Positions 20,539-31,008 are shown, counted from the first letter of the stretch. The stretch is DNA of 64,000 nt from Waddliaceae bacterium (GCA_963724325.1 CAVRUH010000001.1:1024001-1088000); one strand, 5' to 3'. Notes: generated from the letters alone by a model not told the origin. Made by a program: numbers and translations.

Positions 20539-22248
20539 GTAAAATGCTGCAAAAATGATGAAAAGCACCTCGCATAAAAGATAGGCATAGAAGAAGATTT
20601 CGCCGCCGGACCCAAAACCATAGCTGTGAAGGCCCGTGCCTAGTATGTAGTTAACTCCGTACCAGGTAAAACCTATAGCGCAAAGACCAACGATTGAGCC
20701 AATGGCGAGGCCGAAATTTTTAATGTGTTGAAAAGTATAGAGGTGGATTCCGATCAGATAAAAGCAGCTGGAAATAAAGGCCCACGATTCTTTGGGGTCC
20801 CAATCCCAAAAACGGCCCCAGCTTTCGGCAGCCCAGACACCTCCCAGGATGGTGCCGGAAATAAGAAGTGTCGTTCCTGCATAAATTGAATGCAAAATAT
20901 TTTGTGCAATGCTTTTCATTGCAGGGGTTTCATGCTTGTGATACAGGTGCATTCCTAGATACACATGGCCAAGAATGCCACCCAAGACAAAAAGGCCATA
21001 GCTTCCAACGACCATTAATACGTGAATTGCAAGCCAAAATTGGGAGTCTAAAACCGCCTGTACGTTCTCCATTCCATTATTTAGTTTCGTCACCTGCAGA
21101 AACAGAAGAAAAAGGAATGCGATGGCAGAGGAGGCAATTAAAATAGCTCTGTTTCTAAAGAAATAATACAATATTAAGCTGCTAAGTACTGTGATCCATG
21201 GTACATAGACGACCGTTTCAAACATATTTGAAACAGGGGGCCTTCCCAAGATAAAGCACCGAAGGGCCAACAGAATAGTGTGTAAAATGAATGGCACTGC
21301 AATGATTAAGGGGCTTCTTCTGGTGTAGAATAGTATGATTACAGCTAATCCATAGCTCGCCATCGTTAATATATTCAAAGGGTATTTATAGTAGAAATAT
21401 TCGGCTTTTAACTGCAGCATCGTTGGATAGTAAAGGTGCTTGTCCCAGGCGCTTTGATATACTGTGCCGGCAATAGTGGAATATGCTGTCAGAAGATCTG
21501 CGGCAAGGATATTTTGTTCGAGTTGCAAATAGTCTGACTTTAACTTTTGAAATATCTCTTCTGAATAAGCTGTAGGGTTAGTTTTGGATTTAAGCGAGGA
21601 AAGTGGAATCCATTGCCCCCCAGGGTTCTTGCTTGGCAGCATATTTAACTCGCCTGCAGATTCAAATTCTTTCAATTTACTGATGATTCCCATGAATTCC
21701 TCTGCAATAATCTTTGAGGATGAGTCACGAGTATAATGAAATCGCATTCCAGGCTTTAAAAAGTTCCATGGTGGATTGTTTGGAATAGAAATGATTGTGA
21801 TAAAGGCACCATTTTGTTCGATCCATAGGCCTGGGGAAAGGGAGGGGAGTTCTAAGCGTTCTGATTTACTTCTATTGAGTGGATCATTGTAGGCTAATTG
21901 ATAATAATAGGGGATGAGGGTTTCTAGTATTCGGAGATTTGTAGTTGGGTTATCGTATATGGCGTGATGGAGTTCGTAATAGGAGAAATTGCTTGTTTTT
22001 AGATCAAAATTAAGGAGCTCTTTTAGTTTGGCGTTATGGAGTTTGAAAATAGGAGAATCGTCCCATTTTTGGTGCCCGAGAAACTGCATTTCCGGTAATG
22101 CTTCGGCAATTTCAGAGGGCCAGTTTTGAGCATAGGCATTGAGCGGCCGAAAGCGGCCCTTGCAGGCTACGGGTATCTCATCAAACGGGGTCGCTGCATT
22201 GAGCACTGTCGTCAGAAAAAGTAAAATAGTAAGAATGTATGTCATCAT
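20506..22248 (-). CDS. ccsA: Cytochrome c biogenesis protein CcsA/ResC (system II)
   Basis: GRPPVSNMFE, WLAIHV, GGVWAAESWGRFWDWDPKESW, GLHSY. Confidence 0.9.
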   Translation of the reverse strand: MMTYILTILLFLTTVLNAATPFDEIPVACKGRFRPLNAYAQNWPSEIAEALPEMQFLGHQKWDDSPIFKLHNAKLKELLNFDLKTSNFSYYELHHAIYDNPTTNLRILETLIPYYYQLAYNDPLNRSKSERLELPSLSPGLWIEQNGAFITIISIPNNPPWNFLKPGMRFHYTRDSSSKIIAEEFMGIISKLKEFESAGELNMLPSKNPGGQWIPLSSLKSKTNPTAYSEEIFQKLKSDYLQLEQNILAADLLTAYSTIAGTVYQSAWDKHLYYPTMLQLKAEYFYYKYPLNILTMASYGLAVIILFYTRRSPLIIAVPFILHTILLALRCFILGRPPVSNMFETVVYVPWITVLSSLILYYFFRNRAILIASSAIAFLFLLFLQVTKLNNGMENVQAVLDSQFWLAIHVLMVVGSYGLFVLGGILGHVYLGMHLYHKHETPAMKSIAQNILHSIYAGTTLLISGTILGGVWAAESWGRFWDWDPKESWAFISSCFYLIGIHLYTFQHIKNFGLAIGSIVGLCAIGFTWYGVNYILGTGLHSYGFGSGGEIFFYAYLLCEVLFIIFAAFYSSKQFIDGDS

Positions 22249-22251
22249 AGC

Positions 22252-22623
22252 CTAGCTTGTTCTTGAACAAAAAAGTTGGTGAAGTTGATGTTGCACTTTT
22301 TTGCGGTCATTGGCGTGCAAATTTCCAAGACGTCCTATAATAATACGATGATCAAGAGTAAAAAGTTTCAAGCGAATTAGTGAAGGAAAAGGAAGTCCTG
22401 CCGTCTCTAAATCTTCGATTTCTATATCGGTAGGCCATTCCATCTGAGATCCAGCTTTTTTACTTGTGATCATCGCTAAAATGCTGGCTCCCACTTTTAT
22501 GTTAAACTCTCTCGTTGGAGTAAGAATCAGGGCAGGTCGCCGTTTGGTTGTGTTTTTATCGACGAATGGAAAAGGCACTTTGACCACATCAAATTGATTA
22601 TAACTCTCCATAGGCTTGTTCAT
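22252..22623 (-). CDS. PemK/MazF family toxin
   Basis: DVVKVPFPFVD...KRRPALIL...AMITS...GLPFPSLIRLKLFTLD. Confidence 0.85.
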   Translation of the reverse strand: MNKPMESYNQFDVVKVPFPFVDKNTTKRRPALILTPTREFNIKVGASILAMITSKKAGSQMEWPTDIEIEDLETAGLPFPSLIRLKLFTLDHRIIIGRLGNLHANDRKKVQHQLHQLFCSRTS

Positions 22624-22831
22624 CCTCTTTCAACTCCCATTCTGTTAATGTTGTATTGATTCCTTCCAAATAATTGATGTCTAGCGGATATTGTTTACGT
22701 ATGACGACAGTTTTATCGTCCAGAATTTGATATACAATTTGACTGCCTTTTTCGAGATGAAGAACATCTCTTACCTTTTTGGGCACAGTCGCTTGATACT
22801 TAGAAGTTAGACTGGCTCGTATTGCTTCCAT
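22598..22831 (-). CDS. AbrB/MazE-type antitoxin
   Basis: LTSKYQATVPKKVRDVL; overlaps toxin start. Confidence 0.85.
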   Translation of the reverse strand: MEAIRASLTSKYQATVPKKVRDVLHLEKGSQIVYQILDDKTVVIRKQYPLDINYLEGINTTLTEWELKEDEQAYGEL

Positions 22832-22982
22832 ACTGTAATACCTCCTTACCTATTAGTGTAATACATTATTGCATTTTTGGTCAATCATTTCGTTCATTTT
22901 GTATAATTTAAAAAAACTTGTATATAAATGATAATGCTAATAGAATAGAGATATAAGTATCTACTTAAAATATAGGTGTTTT

Positions 22983-25900
22983 ATGAAAATTACAGAAAAA
23001 CAAATTATGAAATTTAGCGAATTAGTTGATAAAGAACACGATATAAAGGTTGTCGATAAACGAAAGCAGAGCGAATACTACCTGAAGACAATGCCTATTC
23101 TTGGCAAAATAGCATCCCTTTTGGTCAGGATACCCTTTCTAAATAAATACATTGAGAAAAAAAGCATAGAGTTTACTACTCAATTCAATATTTCGAGAAT
23201 AAGCCAAATTGCCGATGAAAAAAATGTGACTTACATCGACAAATTAGTGAAAAAGGTTGAGAGAAATGGAGCAAGAATAATCAATAGTTTTCGAAAAGAC
23301 GAAATCATCAATCAAGTTGACAGCCTAAAAATCATTGGCGATAATACTGAGGCAATCAGGGATAATCTAACCAAAGTAAAAGCTCGCTACCATAATTGTA
23401 ATAGCACTGTAGAAAAAGAAATATTACAGGAATTAGATAGCATTGAACATGTTCAAATGAATCCTAAACTTCGAATTCCTAATGAACACCTGAGCAGGCT
23501 AGTCAGTATAGCCACAGCACCTGACAAAGAAGTAGCTATAGACGGACATTTCTTCAGGGGGGTCCTCACTGAAATGGGCGGTACGATATTATTCGATTAT
23601 GATCGAATGCATTCAACCTCAGATGAATTTTACAAAAAAAACTGGGAAGAAAAAATTATTGAAATTGCTGATTTTCACAACATACTCCCTTCCGAATATA
23701 TTAAAGAGTTACCCGTCCCAGGTCCACTCGATCAAAATTTTAGCGGATGGTATGGCGAATTGTTAGATGTCATAGGCATGGTAGCAGATTCCAGAGAGGC
23801 ACATCCAGAGTTGCCAAAAGACAAGATGGATGAATATGTTCATGAAGCCCTTACAAAATCCTTCGAGGATTTAACTCAATATCCAGAAATTCTCGAAAAA
23901 TTAATTTCAGGACATTATGAAAAATCGGGAATTGGAAATGAGGAAGTGGTAAAAAGAGGTCTCGTCAGCTTTCTCGATCAAAAAATAGGGGATAATAATC
24001 CCAATTTAAAAAATAATTTATTGGAAGTTTTGGATCCTAACGGCCCTCTAGGCCATTATGGTTTAGTAAAAATTATCATTCCAGCCGTTGGTAGGCTTAT
24101 CGATGACTACGAAAAAAATCCAGAGACCTTGCGCCGGATGAGTACTGGTGAGTTGTTAAGCAAGATAAGCGAAAGATGTATTTTAGTTGAGACAATGAGA
24201 AATGAAAGAATCTTGAATGACAATGAAGCCAAATGGTTTATAGAATTAAACACTGGAAGAGGCAGCGACATATCTGAACCTTTATTTCGAAATCTTTTTT
24301 CCTTGATGTCCCAAGTGGGATTATGCAAGGAACGAGATGCAACTCGCAGGGGAGTTATCGAAATAATTTTAAGTGCCTCAGTTAAAGCAAAGAACGAGGG
24401 ATTTACCGATGATACCATTTTTGGTTCTATATCCAATCTATTAATTAATCAAGAGACAGAAGAGCCCGACTGTACAAAATGGGACCTTAGCTCCGATTTT
24501 AGCAAGGAAGTGCAAAATCCTTACCTCGCCATATCAAATCAATCTAAAGAACCAGAATATTTCCAGAAGTGGAATACATTTTTAAAGTCAAAGGAATCAC
24601 GCAGTAATGGCGGCCTCACCGAAGCCTTTTTAAATGAATTTGGTTATGGTATTCCTTGCTCTGAATACGCTTTGGGGTGGCAAGCGCGAGATGTTATAGT
24701 CAACTTATTTAAAACTGCAGACAGCTTTGCTAAAAATTATCCGCAATATGATAAGAAAGCTGTTGTGCAGGCTTTACGGGAAAATTTCCTTTATAAGATT
24801 GAAGTCCAAGAAAAAAACGATGCAGAATCTGTTAAAAAAACATCAAATAACATAAAAGAAAGCGACTTAATCAAGCTCGTAAACCGGCATGAAATTGAGA
24901 TTCTCTCTGATGAAAAAGGTATAAAAAAACTAGGAGTCCTTTTGTATGGCATGATGTTCACCGATCCAAACACTCCTCTGAATGCACATGGAAAGAAAAA
25001 TTTAGATGCATTGCTAACACTGATGGAAAATTTTTCTAAAAACGAGGAATGGCCCGATGGCATTATAGAAAAAAAAATGGCGCAGGCTTTAAGGGAACCC
25101 GCTCTTCAAAGGTCAACAAATATCAGCAAACTTAATGAATACTCCGACACACAAATAAATGCCCTAATTAGCAGCCTCAACGCCAGAATGGAAGCTGCCG
25201 ATGTTTCAGTCTCTTTGACCGAAGTGAAATCAAATCTACAAAATCACCCAAACAAAGCTCTAGAAGCAATACTAAAAAATATTTCCTCTGAGTTCGAGAA
25301 TCCTGAATCTGCTGAGAAGACATTAGAGACTATTTCCAAGGATATGCGCAACATAAGTGAAAACCCTGAACAGATGAAAATGGCAAAAGAGGGTATTTCT
25401 CTAATATTAAGAACAATATTACCTGAAAATATCACAGGAGTCGGTGGCTTTGCTCAATTAAAGGGCGAGGGAATTTCTATTCCAGTTTCCGAGGCAATGA
25501 ATGGCCTTATAGATGCTTTTAAGGACTATGAAGGACCTAGTGCAAATCGAGAAGAATTAGACAAACTACCTTGGTCTAAACAAGTTGCAGAGATCATCGT
25601 TCCGGGCATTATCGGTGTTGTGAAAAAGGCTAGAATTGAACATTTCGAAGGAGGAGAAAAGAGCTCATTCACCGAATTAGTAGAGAATACATTTCCAAAA
25701 TTGATTAATCCAAGTCCAATTGCCCGTTTATTTATGTGGGCTGTTAAAAGTAATCCAAAGCTGATGTCCGGCATAGCAAAGCGCTTTCAAGGATTTATTG
25801 TAAGCCTCGCCGGGAAGCACCTAAAAGCAGCTGTTGAAGAATCTAAAATTGAAGCTGCGAAAACTGAAGGGGTAAGGAAAGTAAAAAAAATGCAATTCAA

Positions 25901-26186
25901 GGCGCAAATTCCCTCAGGGCTAGGGGTCTTGGAGCTTCTAACCGTAATACATGAACCACTAATTAAGGTAGGCATCAGAGCTTTGCCAACATTAATACAA
26001 AATCACGATCTCAGCCGACATAATGATCTAATCAAAAATATATACGATGCTGTCACAGGCCAGGACCTCGACGAGGAAAAATTACAAGCCTCCCTGTTGG
26101 AAAGTCTCATAGTCCTAGCAGAAGAGTCTAAAAAGTACGACGGTCTTATCAACAATATCGTACAAGATTTAATTAAACCGGAGTAA
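22983..26186 (+). CDS. Large hypothetical helical protein, candidate effector
   Basis: 1067-aa ORF with no recognisable motif and no signal peptide. Confidence 0.7.
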   Translation: MKITEKQIMKFSELVDKEHDIKVVDKRKQSEYYLKTMPILGKIASLLVRIPFLNKYIEKKSIEFTTQFNISRISQIADEKNVTYIDKLVKKVERNGARIINSFRKDEIINQVDSLKIIGDNTEAIRDNLTKVKARYHNCNSTVEKEILQELDSIEHVQMNPKLRIPNEHLSRLVSIATAPDKEVAIDGHFFRGVLTEMGGTILFDYDRMHSTSDEFYKKNWEEKIIEIADFHNILPSEYIKELPVPGPLDQNFSGWYGELLDVIGMVADSREAHPELPKDKMDEYVHEALTKSFEDLTQYPEILEKLISGHYEKSGIGNEEVVKRGLVSFLDQKIGDNNPNLKNNLLEVLDPNGPLGHYGLVKIIIPAVGRLIDDYEKNPETLRRMSTGELLSKISERCILVETMRNERILNDNEAKWFIELNTGRGSDISEPLFRNLFSLMSQVGLCKERDATRRGVIEIILSASVKAKNEGFTDDTIFGSISNLLINQETEEPDCTKWDLSSDFSKEVQNPYLAISNQSKEPEYFQKWNTFLKSKESRSNGGLTEAFLNEFGYGIPCSEYALGWQARDVIVNLFKTADSFAKNYPQYDKKAVVQALRENFLYKIEVQEKNDAESVKKTSNNIKESDLIKLVNRHEIEILSDEKGIKKLGVLLYGMMFTDPNTPLNAHGKKNLDALLTLMENFSKNEEWPDGIIEKKMAQALREPALQRSTNISKLNEYSDTQINALISSLNARMEAADVSVSLTEVKSNLQNHPNKALEAILKNISSEFENPESAEKTLETISKDMRNISENPEQMKMAKEGISLILRTILPENITGVGGFAQLKGEGISIPVSEAMNGLIDAFKDYEGPSANREELDKLPWSKQVAEIIVPGIIGVVKKARIEHFEGGEKSSFTELVENTFPKLINPSPIARLFMWAVKSNPKLMSGIAKRFQGFIVSLAGKHLKAAVEESKIEAAKTEGVRKVKKMQFKAQIPSGLGVLELLTVIHEPLIKVGIRALPTLIQNHDLSRHNDLIKNIYDAVTGQDLDEEKLQASLLESLIVLAEESKKYDGLINNIVQDLIKPE

Positions 26187-26196
26187 CAATTCAATC

Positions 26197-26255
26197 CCAT
26201 ATGCACAACTTAAAAAATTTTTAACACCGAGTTCACAGATAAAACAGAGGGAGCA
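26197..26255. repeat. Partial family-2 repeat
   Basis: CCCATATGCACAACTTAAAAAA..AACACCGAGTTCACAGATAAAACAGAGGGAGCA matches 10595-10660 and 50075-50140. Confidence 0.65.
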
Positions 26256-26265
26256 TTGAGTTTAA

Positions 26266-27282
26266 TCATTGCTCCGGCATGCACCAAATATATAGCAGAG
26301 CATCACGGTAAAGTGCCGCTTTGATGGGGTCATGGGTCATGTTTCTTATATATTCCCTCAATTCTTTTTCATAAGCCGCAACGGTTTTTTTATCGTAAAG
26401 GTCCCACCTTCTTACTACCAAGTGTGAATAAGGGTTTAATGTGTACTTGTTATCCAATAGAAGTCTGAGCTGAGGCGCGATATCAGAGCGTTTGGAGATA
26501 TACGATTTAGTCATAACATGTTGATAATGATACGATATTGGGGACTTGCCATAAAGATGCCCACCCCTTTTTGCCGGATAACAATGCTCGTCAGCAAAAT
26601 TGTATGCCTCCTGATTCAAATCACTCAGGTGCGAATTTTCAGAAATCTGAAGCAGAATACCACCTTCTTCATCTAACCATTTTTTTCCAATGAGGAATAA
26701 TCCATGGAGATATTTATGATTAATCCCAAGTTTATTGAAAAAAGGTTTTAAATTCTTGGCGTAATCAATTTTTGTTCGCGACTTGTCCTTGACAAACAGG
26801 CCGATTGAAGAGGATCCAGTGCTGTCAAAATTTGAATATATTCCAAAGTTCAAAGAAAGCAACTGTTTAGCTCTCACGTCATTTTTATTGTCAATGTGTT
26901 CACCCCAATAATAGAGAAACTCTTTAAATGTTTGGACGTTAAGGTCTTTATCCCCAGGGACTCTTAGAAAATGAAAATCATCTCTAATCGGAATGTTCAC
27001 AATTTCCTCAAGTGTAATACGGATGATATCCTGATATATACGATATCCCTGATTAGCTCCATGATATCCTATATGTCCCCAATCTTCATTTTCGGCAATT
27101 TTATTAAAAAAAGGAATGAGCTCTAAGGGCACCTTCAACTTTTTTATTTTTTCAGAAATCCTCTTCATACCCTCGCGCTTAATTTCGCACTTAGTCGGTC
27201 CACGATAATTACTGTGCATCGGAATTCCAGCCGAAAGTACAGAACTGATTAACAACAATGTGTATAAGAGATATTTTTTCAT
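26266..27282 (-). CDS. Secreted hypothetical protein
   Basis: Signal peptide MKKYLLYTLLLISSVLSA; GYHGA motif. Confidence 0.7.
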   Translation of the reverse strand: MKKYLLYTLLLISSVLSAGIPMHSNYRGPTKCEIKREGMKRISEKIKKLKVPLELIPFFNKIAENEDWGHIGYHGANQGYRIYQDIIRITLEEIVNIPIRDDFHFLRVPGDKDLNVQTFKEFLYYWGEHIDNKNDVRAKQLLSLNFGIYSNFDSTGSSSIGLFVKDKSRTKIDYAKNLKPFFNKLGINHKYLHGLFLIGKKWLDEEGGILLQISENSHLSDLNQEAYNFADEHCYPAKRGGHLYGKSPISYHYQHVMTKSYISKRSDIAPQLRLLLDNKYTLNPYSHLVVRRWDLYDKKTVAAYEKELREYIRNMTHDPIKAALYRDALLYIWCMPEQ

Positions 27283-27425
27283 AATGACATCATAAAGATG
27301 CGAAGCATAAAAATCAATGTTTTTGCTCTGGAAAAATTAAATCCAAACCTTTAAACTGATCTTGTGAAAAAAATAATTGTTGAAAAGGCAAAAGAATGGT
27401 AAAACTGGGAAAGTCCTAAAACCAA

Positions 27426-29282
27426 GTGAGACAGAACATTAAACTAGAACAAGAAACAGTCAAGACTGAAGGTGTAAGCGGAGCCAAAACGCTGGGAGAT
27501 TACACACTTATCAAACAAATTGGCCATGGTGCCCTTGGAGCGGTATTTCTTGCAGAACACCGTTTTATGAAAAAACACTTCGCCATCAAAGTCCTACCCC
27601 CAGATTTGAGCACCGATAGAACCTTTATTCAACGTTTTGAAGAAGAAGTAAGTCTTCTAGCTACTCTCGATCATCCCAATATCGTAAAAATCCATAACAT
27701 TTCTTACGCAGATGGACAGTATTTTCTTGTCACAGAATGTATTGTGGATGGAGATGGAGAAACCACAAATCTTGCACAATATATGCTCAGTCGAGGCGAT
27801 TCCCTCCGCGAAGAAGAACTCTTTAATCTGCTCAGCCAAATCGCACAGGCGCTCGATTATGCGCACCATCTCAAAGGTAATGGCAAAGGAATTGTCCACC
27901 GCGGAATCAAACTAAATAACGTCCTGGTGAGCAAAGGTCAAAACGGGGTCAATTTACTTCTGTCTGATTTCGGCCTTTCTCGAATTATGGGCTCAGGTAC
28001 CTTTTTAACAAGAACCTTCAAGGCAGTTTCTGAAGCACTAGGAGTCTCCAAAGGATCAGCTGAAATCGAAAAGTTAACTCCACTCCATACCTCATTTTTA
28101 CAAGGCTTTAACTTCCTAGCTCCTGAACAAAAAAGAATTGGTGCGACAGAAAAAGTTGATATGAAAGCTGACGTCTATGCTTTCGGCATCCTCGCCTATT
28201 ATATGATCATGGGATACCTTCCTGAAGGGTATTTTGAAATGCCTTCCGATAAGCATCTCATGGAATGGGATTGGGATCTCCTCATCAAAAAGTGCCTCAG
28301 CCGCGACCCTGAAAACCGTCCCGAGTTCTTAATGCAGACTCTAGATTTAATTAAAACCATTCCTGAGGGCAGCGTGATAAATCCCTTAGCCGAAGAACTC
28401 CTGCAGCAAACAACAAATGAAGTTAAATCACTCAAACCAATTATCCAACGCGAATCAATTGAACGACCAAGGGTGGATCCCGATCCTGCTTCGATTTTCC
28501 AAATTGATACCGCAGTCAAACATTACATCCCAGAAGAAAAGATCGTCAAACATGTAGAACCCATCCAAACAGATATGGTGGTTATTAAGGGTGGAACTTT
28601 TTGGAGAGGCAGCGATGATGGCAGCAGAGATGAGCAGCCTGGTCATAAAATTACCATTTCAAGTTTTGCAATCGACATCCATCCCGTCACCAATGAGCAG
28701 TTCGTTAGGTTCCTCGAGGTTATGGGAGCAGTAAAAGACAGCAATCATAATGACATCATTCGACTCAGAGATTCCAGAATCTTCAGCAGTGCAGGAAAAT
28801 TTAGTATCGAATCAGGATATTTAAAACATCCTGTTGTAGGGGTAACCTGGTATGGCGCCGTAGCCTATGCCCGTTGGGTAGGAAAACGTCTTCCAACAGA
28901 AGCTGAATGGGAAATTGCTGCCCGTGGAGGCATCGAGAATGCCCTCTATCCTACTGGCGAGGACATCGAAAAGCCGCAAGCCAATTTCTTTAGTTCAGAT
29001 ACTCTAGCCGTGATGAGCTATGCTCCAAACGGTTATGCCCTTTTTGACATGGCAGGAAACGTTTATGAATGGTGTCAAGATTGGTATGGATATAACTACT
29101 ATGAAACTTCAGTGCAAGAACCCATTAATCCAAAAGGGCCTCGACAAGGGGAATACCGTGTCCTTCGAGGAGGCTGTTGGAAGAGCTTAAAGGATGATTT
29201 GCGTTGCTCAAGAAGGCACCGAAATAATCCTGGAACAGTAAACAGTACCTACGGTTTCCGCTGCTGCACCGATGTCGAATAA
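27426..29282 (+). CDS. pkn1: Ser/Thr kinase fused to an FGE-sulfatase domain (Pkn1)
   Basis: IGHGALG, AIKVL, DFG, APE; C-terminal RLPTEAEWE, DMAGNVYEWCQDWY, RGGCW, GFRC. Confidence 0.9.
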   Translation: MRQNIKLEQETVKTEGVSGAKTLGDYTLIKQIGHGALGAVFLAEHRFMKKHFAIKVLPPDLSTDRTFIQRFEEEVSLLATLDHPNIVKIHNISYADGQYFLVTECIVDGDGETTNLAQYMLSRGDSLREEELFNLLSQIAQALDYAHHLKGNGKGIVHRGIKLNNVLVSKGQNGVNLLLSDFGLSRIMGSGTFLTRTFKAVSEALGVSKGSAEIEKLTPLHTSFLQGFNFLAPEQKRIGATEKVDMKADVYAFGILAYYMIMGYLPEGYFEMPSDKHLMEWDWDLLIKKCLSRDPENRPEFLMQTLDLIKTIPEGSVINPLAEELLQQTTNEVKSLKPIIQRESIERPRVDPDPASIFQIDTAVKHYIPEEKIVKHVEPIQTDMVVIKGGTFWRGSDDGSRDEQPGHKITISSFAIDIHPVTNEQFVRFLEVMGAVKDSNHNDIIRLRDSRIFSSAGKFSIESGYLKHPVVGVTWYGAVAYARWVGKRLPTEAEWEIAARGGIENALYPTGEDIEKPQANFFSSDTLAVMSYAPNGYALFDMAGNVYEWCQDWYGYNYYETSVQEPINPKGPRQGEYRVLRGGCWKSLKDDLRCSRRHRNNPGTVNSTYGFRCCTDVE

Positions 29283-29769
29283 ATCTCATTCAATACTTTT
29301 TGTGTGTTTAGCCAATATATGCCGTTCTCCAGCCGCTCAAGGCACGTTGCTCCATCTTGCCAAAGGAACGGAACTTGAAGAATTGATTTATGTTGAGAGC
29401 TGTGGATTAGGAGATTGGCATCAGGGTAAACTTCCAGATCAAAGAATGCGAGAAGCTGCTATGCAAAGAGGAATTGCCCTTGCAAGCAGAGCACAAGGGA
29501 TCCAACCCGATTTCTTTTATCGCTTTGATTATATATTAGCCGCTGACCATTCTGTCCTAAATCAGTTGTATGATTTAGCGAGTTCACCTGAACACAAGGC
29601 AAAAATCCATCTGATCACAAAGTTTAGTCGCTCCTTCCCCAATGAGGAGATCCCCGACCCCTACTACGAAGGGCAGATGTCCTTTGACCTTGTTCTGGAT
29701 ATGCTCGAAGATTCCTGCAAAGGCCTCCTCGAGGAACTCAACAAAGAACAAAAAAATGAACAAAACTAA
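29272..29769 (+). CDS. Low-molecular-weight protein tyrosine phosphatase
   Basis: CLANICRS P-loop, IPDPYY. Confidence 0.9.
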   Translation: MSNKSHSILFVCLANICRSPAAQGTLLHLAKGTELEELIYVESCGLGDWHQGKLPDQRMREAAMQRGIALASRAQGIQPDFFYRFDYILAADHSVLNQLYDLASSPEHKAKIHLITKFSRSFPNEEIPDPYYEGQMSFDLVLDMLEDSCKGLLEELNKEQKNEQN

Positions 29770-29991
29770 CAATTCACAAAACTATAAAAACACGAGCTCG
29801 AATCGCATTTCAAAAAACTTTTTACAATCCCATTTTTTCTTATCCTGCTTATCCTGCCGCCTGCGATCATGCATATCCTGTTCTTTTAAGGGATAACAGG
29901 ATATGCATGATCGCAGGCGGCAGGATAAGCAAGATAAGAAAAATTTTAAATGCGATTCGAGCCCGCGTTTTTATAGTTTTGTGAATTGTTA
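29767..29991. repeat. 225-bp nested palindrome spanning stop-to-stop between convergent genes
   Basis: 44-bp outer arms 29767-29810 / 29948-29991; 46-bp inner family-1 arms ~29837-29882 / 29895-29940. Confidence 0.9.
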
Positions 29992-30552
29992 TTTAGTATG
30001 CGCTTCTGATGCGATTTTGCAGAATGTGGCAGCTGCGATAACTTTTACAATCTCACCAGGGATGAATGGGAAAAAGCCCATAATAGGTGCGTTTTTTGTG
30101 CCTACAAAAGTGGCTAACCAAAGTGTTCCCAATCCGAGCTGAATTAAACTCACGGCAAATAGTGAAGGAAGAAGCATCATAGATGAAAGCTGACCTCTTT
30201 TTTCAAAAATCCAACCTGCAAGGTAAGCTTGTATAGCCATTCCAAATAGATAGCCCGCACGTGGGCCTATTAAAGCCAGTGAGTCAGACATTCCGCCTGC
30301 ACAAAAAGGGAGTCCGGCGCTGATTTGCGCTAGGTATGCGATAGCTGCCATGGCTCCCTTGCGGGGACCCAGCATGCCGCCGATAATCATGATAGAAAGC
30401 GTCTGTAAAGAAAGGGGGACAGGAGTAAACCAAAGGGGAATTTTAATTTGAGCGCAAAGGGCAATAAAAAGAGAACTGCCAATTACCTGGATCACATTCC
30501 ATGTATAGCGCTCGTTTTCTTGGGTATGACTTAGCAAAAGACTGTTATTCAT
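29989..30552 (-). CDS. bioY: Biotin transporter BioY
   Basis: AQIKIPLWFTPVPLSLQT, GLPF.AGG, GYLFG, PFIPGE. Confidence 0.9.
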   Translation of the reverse strand: MNNSLLLSHTQENERYTWNVIQVIGSSLFIALCAQIKIPLWFTPVPLSLQTLSIMIIGGMLGPRKGAMAAIAYLAQISAGLPFCAGGMSDSLALIGPRAGYLFGMAIQAYLAGWIFEKRGQLSSMMLLPSLFAVSLIQLGLGTLWLATFVGTKNAPIMGFFPFIPGEIVKVIAAATFCKIASEAHTK

Positions 30553-30603
30553 AGGGAAACTCCATCAAAAGTTACACCATTATAGTCAAACTTTAAATGG
30601 TTG

Positions 30604-30939
30604 TCAATCGGGTTTTACCATCAATTCGTAGGACCAGTAGGATTCCTTTCTGAGGTCTTCTTGTGTAACAGTTCCGATGCTTCCTTTTTGATCAGGTTCA
30701 ACAATGATTGTGAACTTGATTAGGTTGTCAAGGGTGTTGTAAGCATCGGTCAACTTGATGCTGAAGCGTATAGGGAAGTCATTTTGATTATGGATGAAGT
30801 ACTCCTCACCATAGTTGTGGCCTTTTGTATTGACCATTTCTTCGAGTAGGAGGTCGATGTTGTTGTTAGATTCAATCACTTTCATCTCTGCAAACAGAGA
30901 GGTTGAAACGCATGTAAATAACAGTAAAAATTTCTTCAT
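30604..30939 (-). CDS. Small secreted hypothetical protein
   Basis: Signal peptide MKKFLLLFTCVSTSLFA. Confidence 0.65.
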   Translation of the reverse strand: MKKFLLLFTCVSTSLFAEMKVIESNNNIDLLLEEMVNTKGHNYGEEYFIHNQNDFPIRFSIKLTDAYNTLDNLIKFTIIVEPDQKGSIGTVTQEDLRKESYWSYELMVKPD

Positions 30940-31008
30940 AAATATACCCCTGTATAATCTCTAACTTTTATCAAATATCCTTTTATTGTACAAGTGATTT
31001 CTTATCAC

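Noticed and set aside
29642..30142. ORFs 29642-29896 and 29903-30142
   Set aside because: They run through the palindrome or antisense to bioY, with no coding signal
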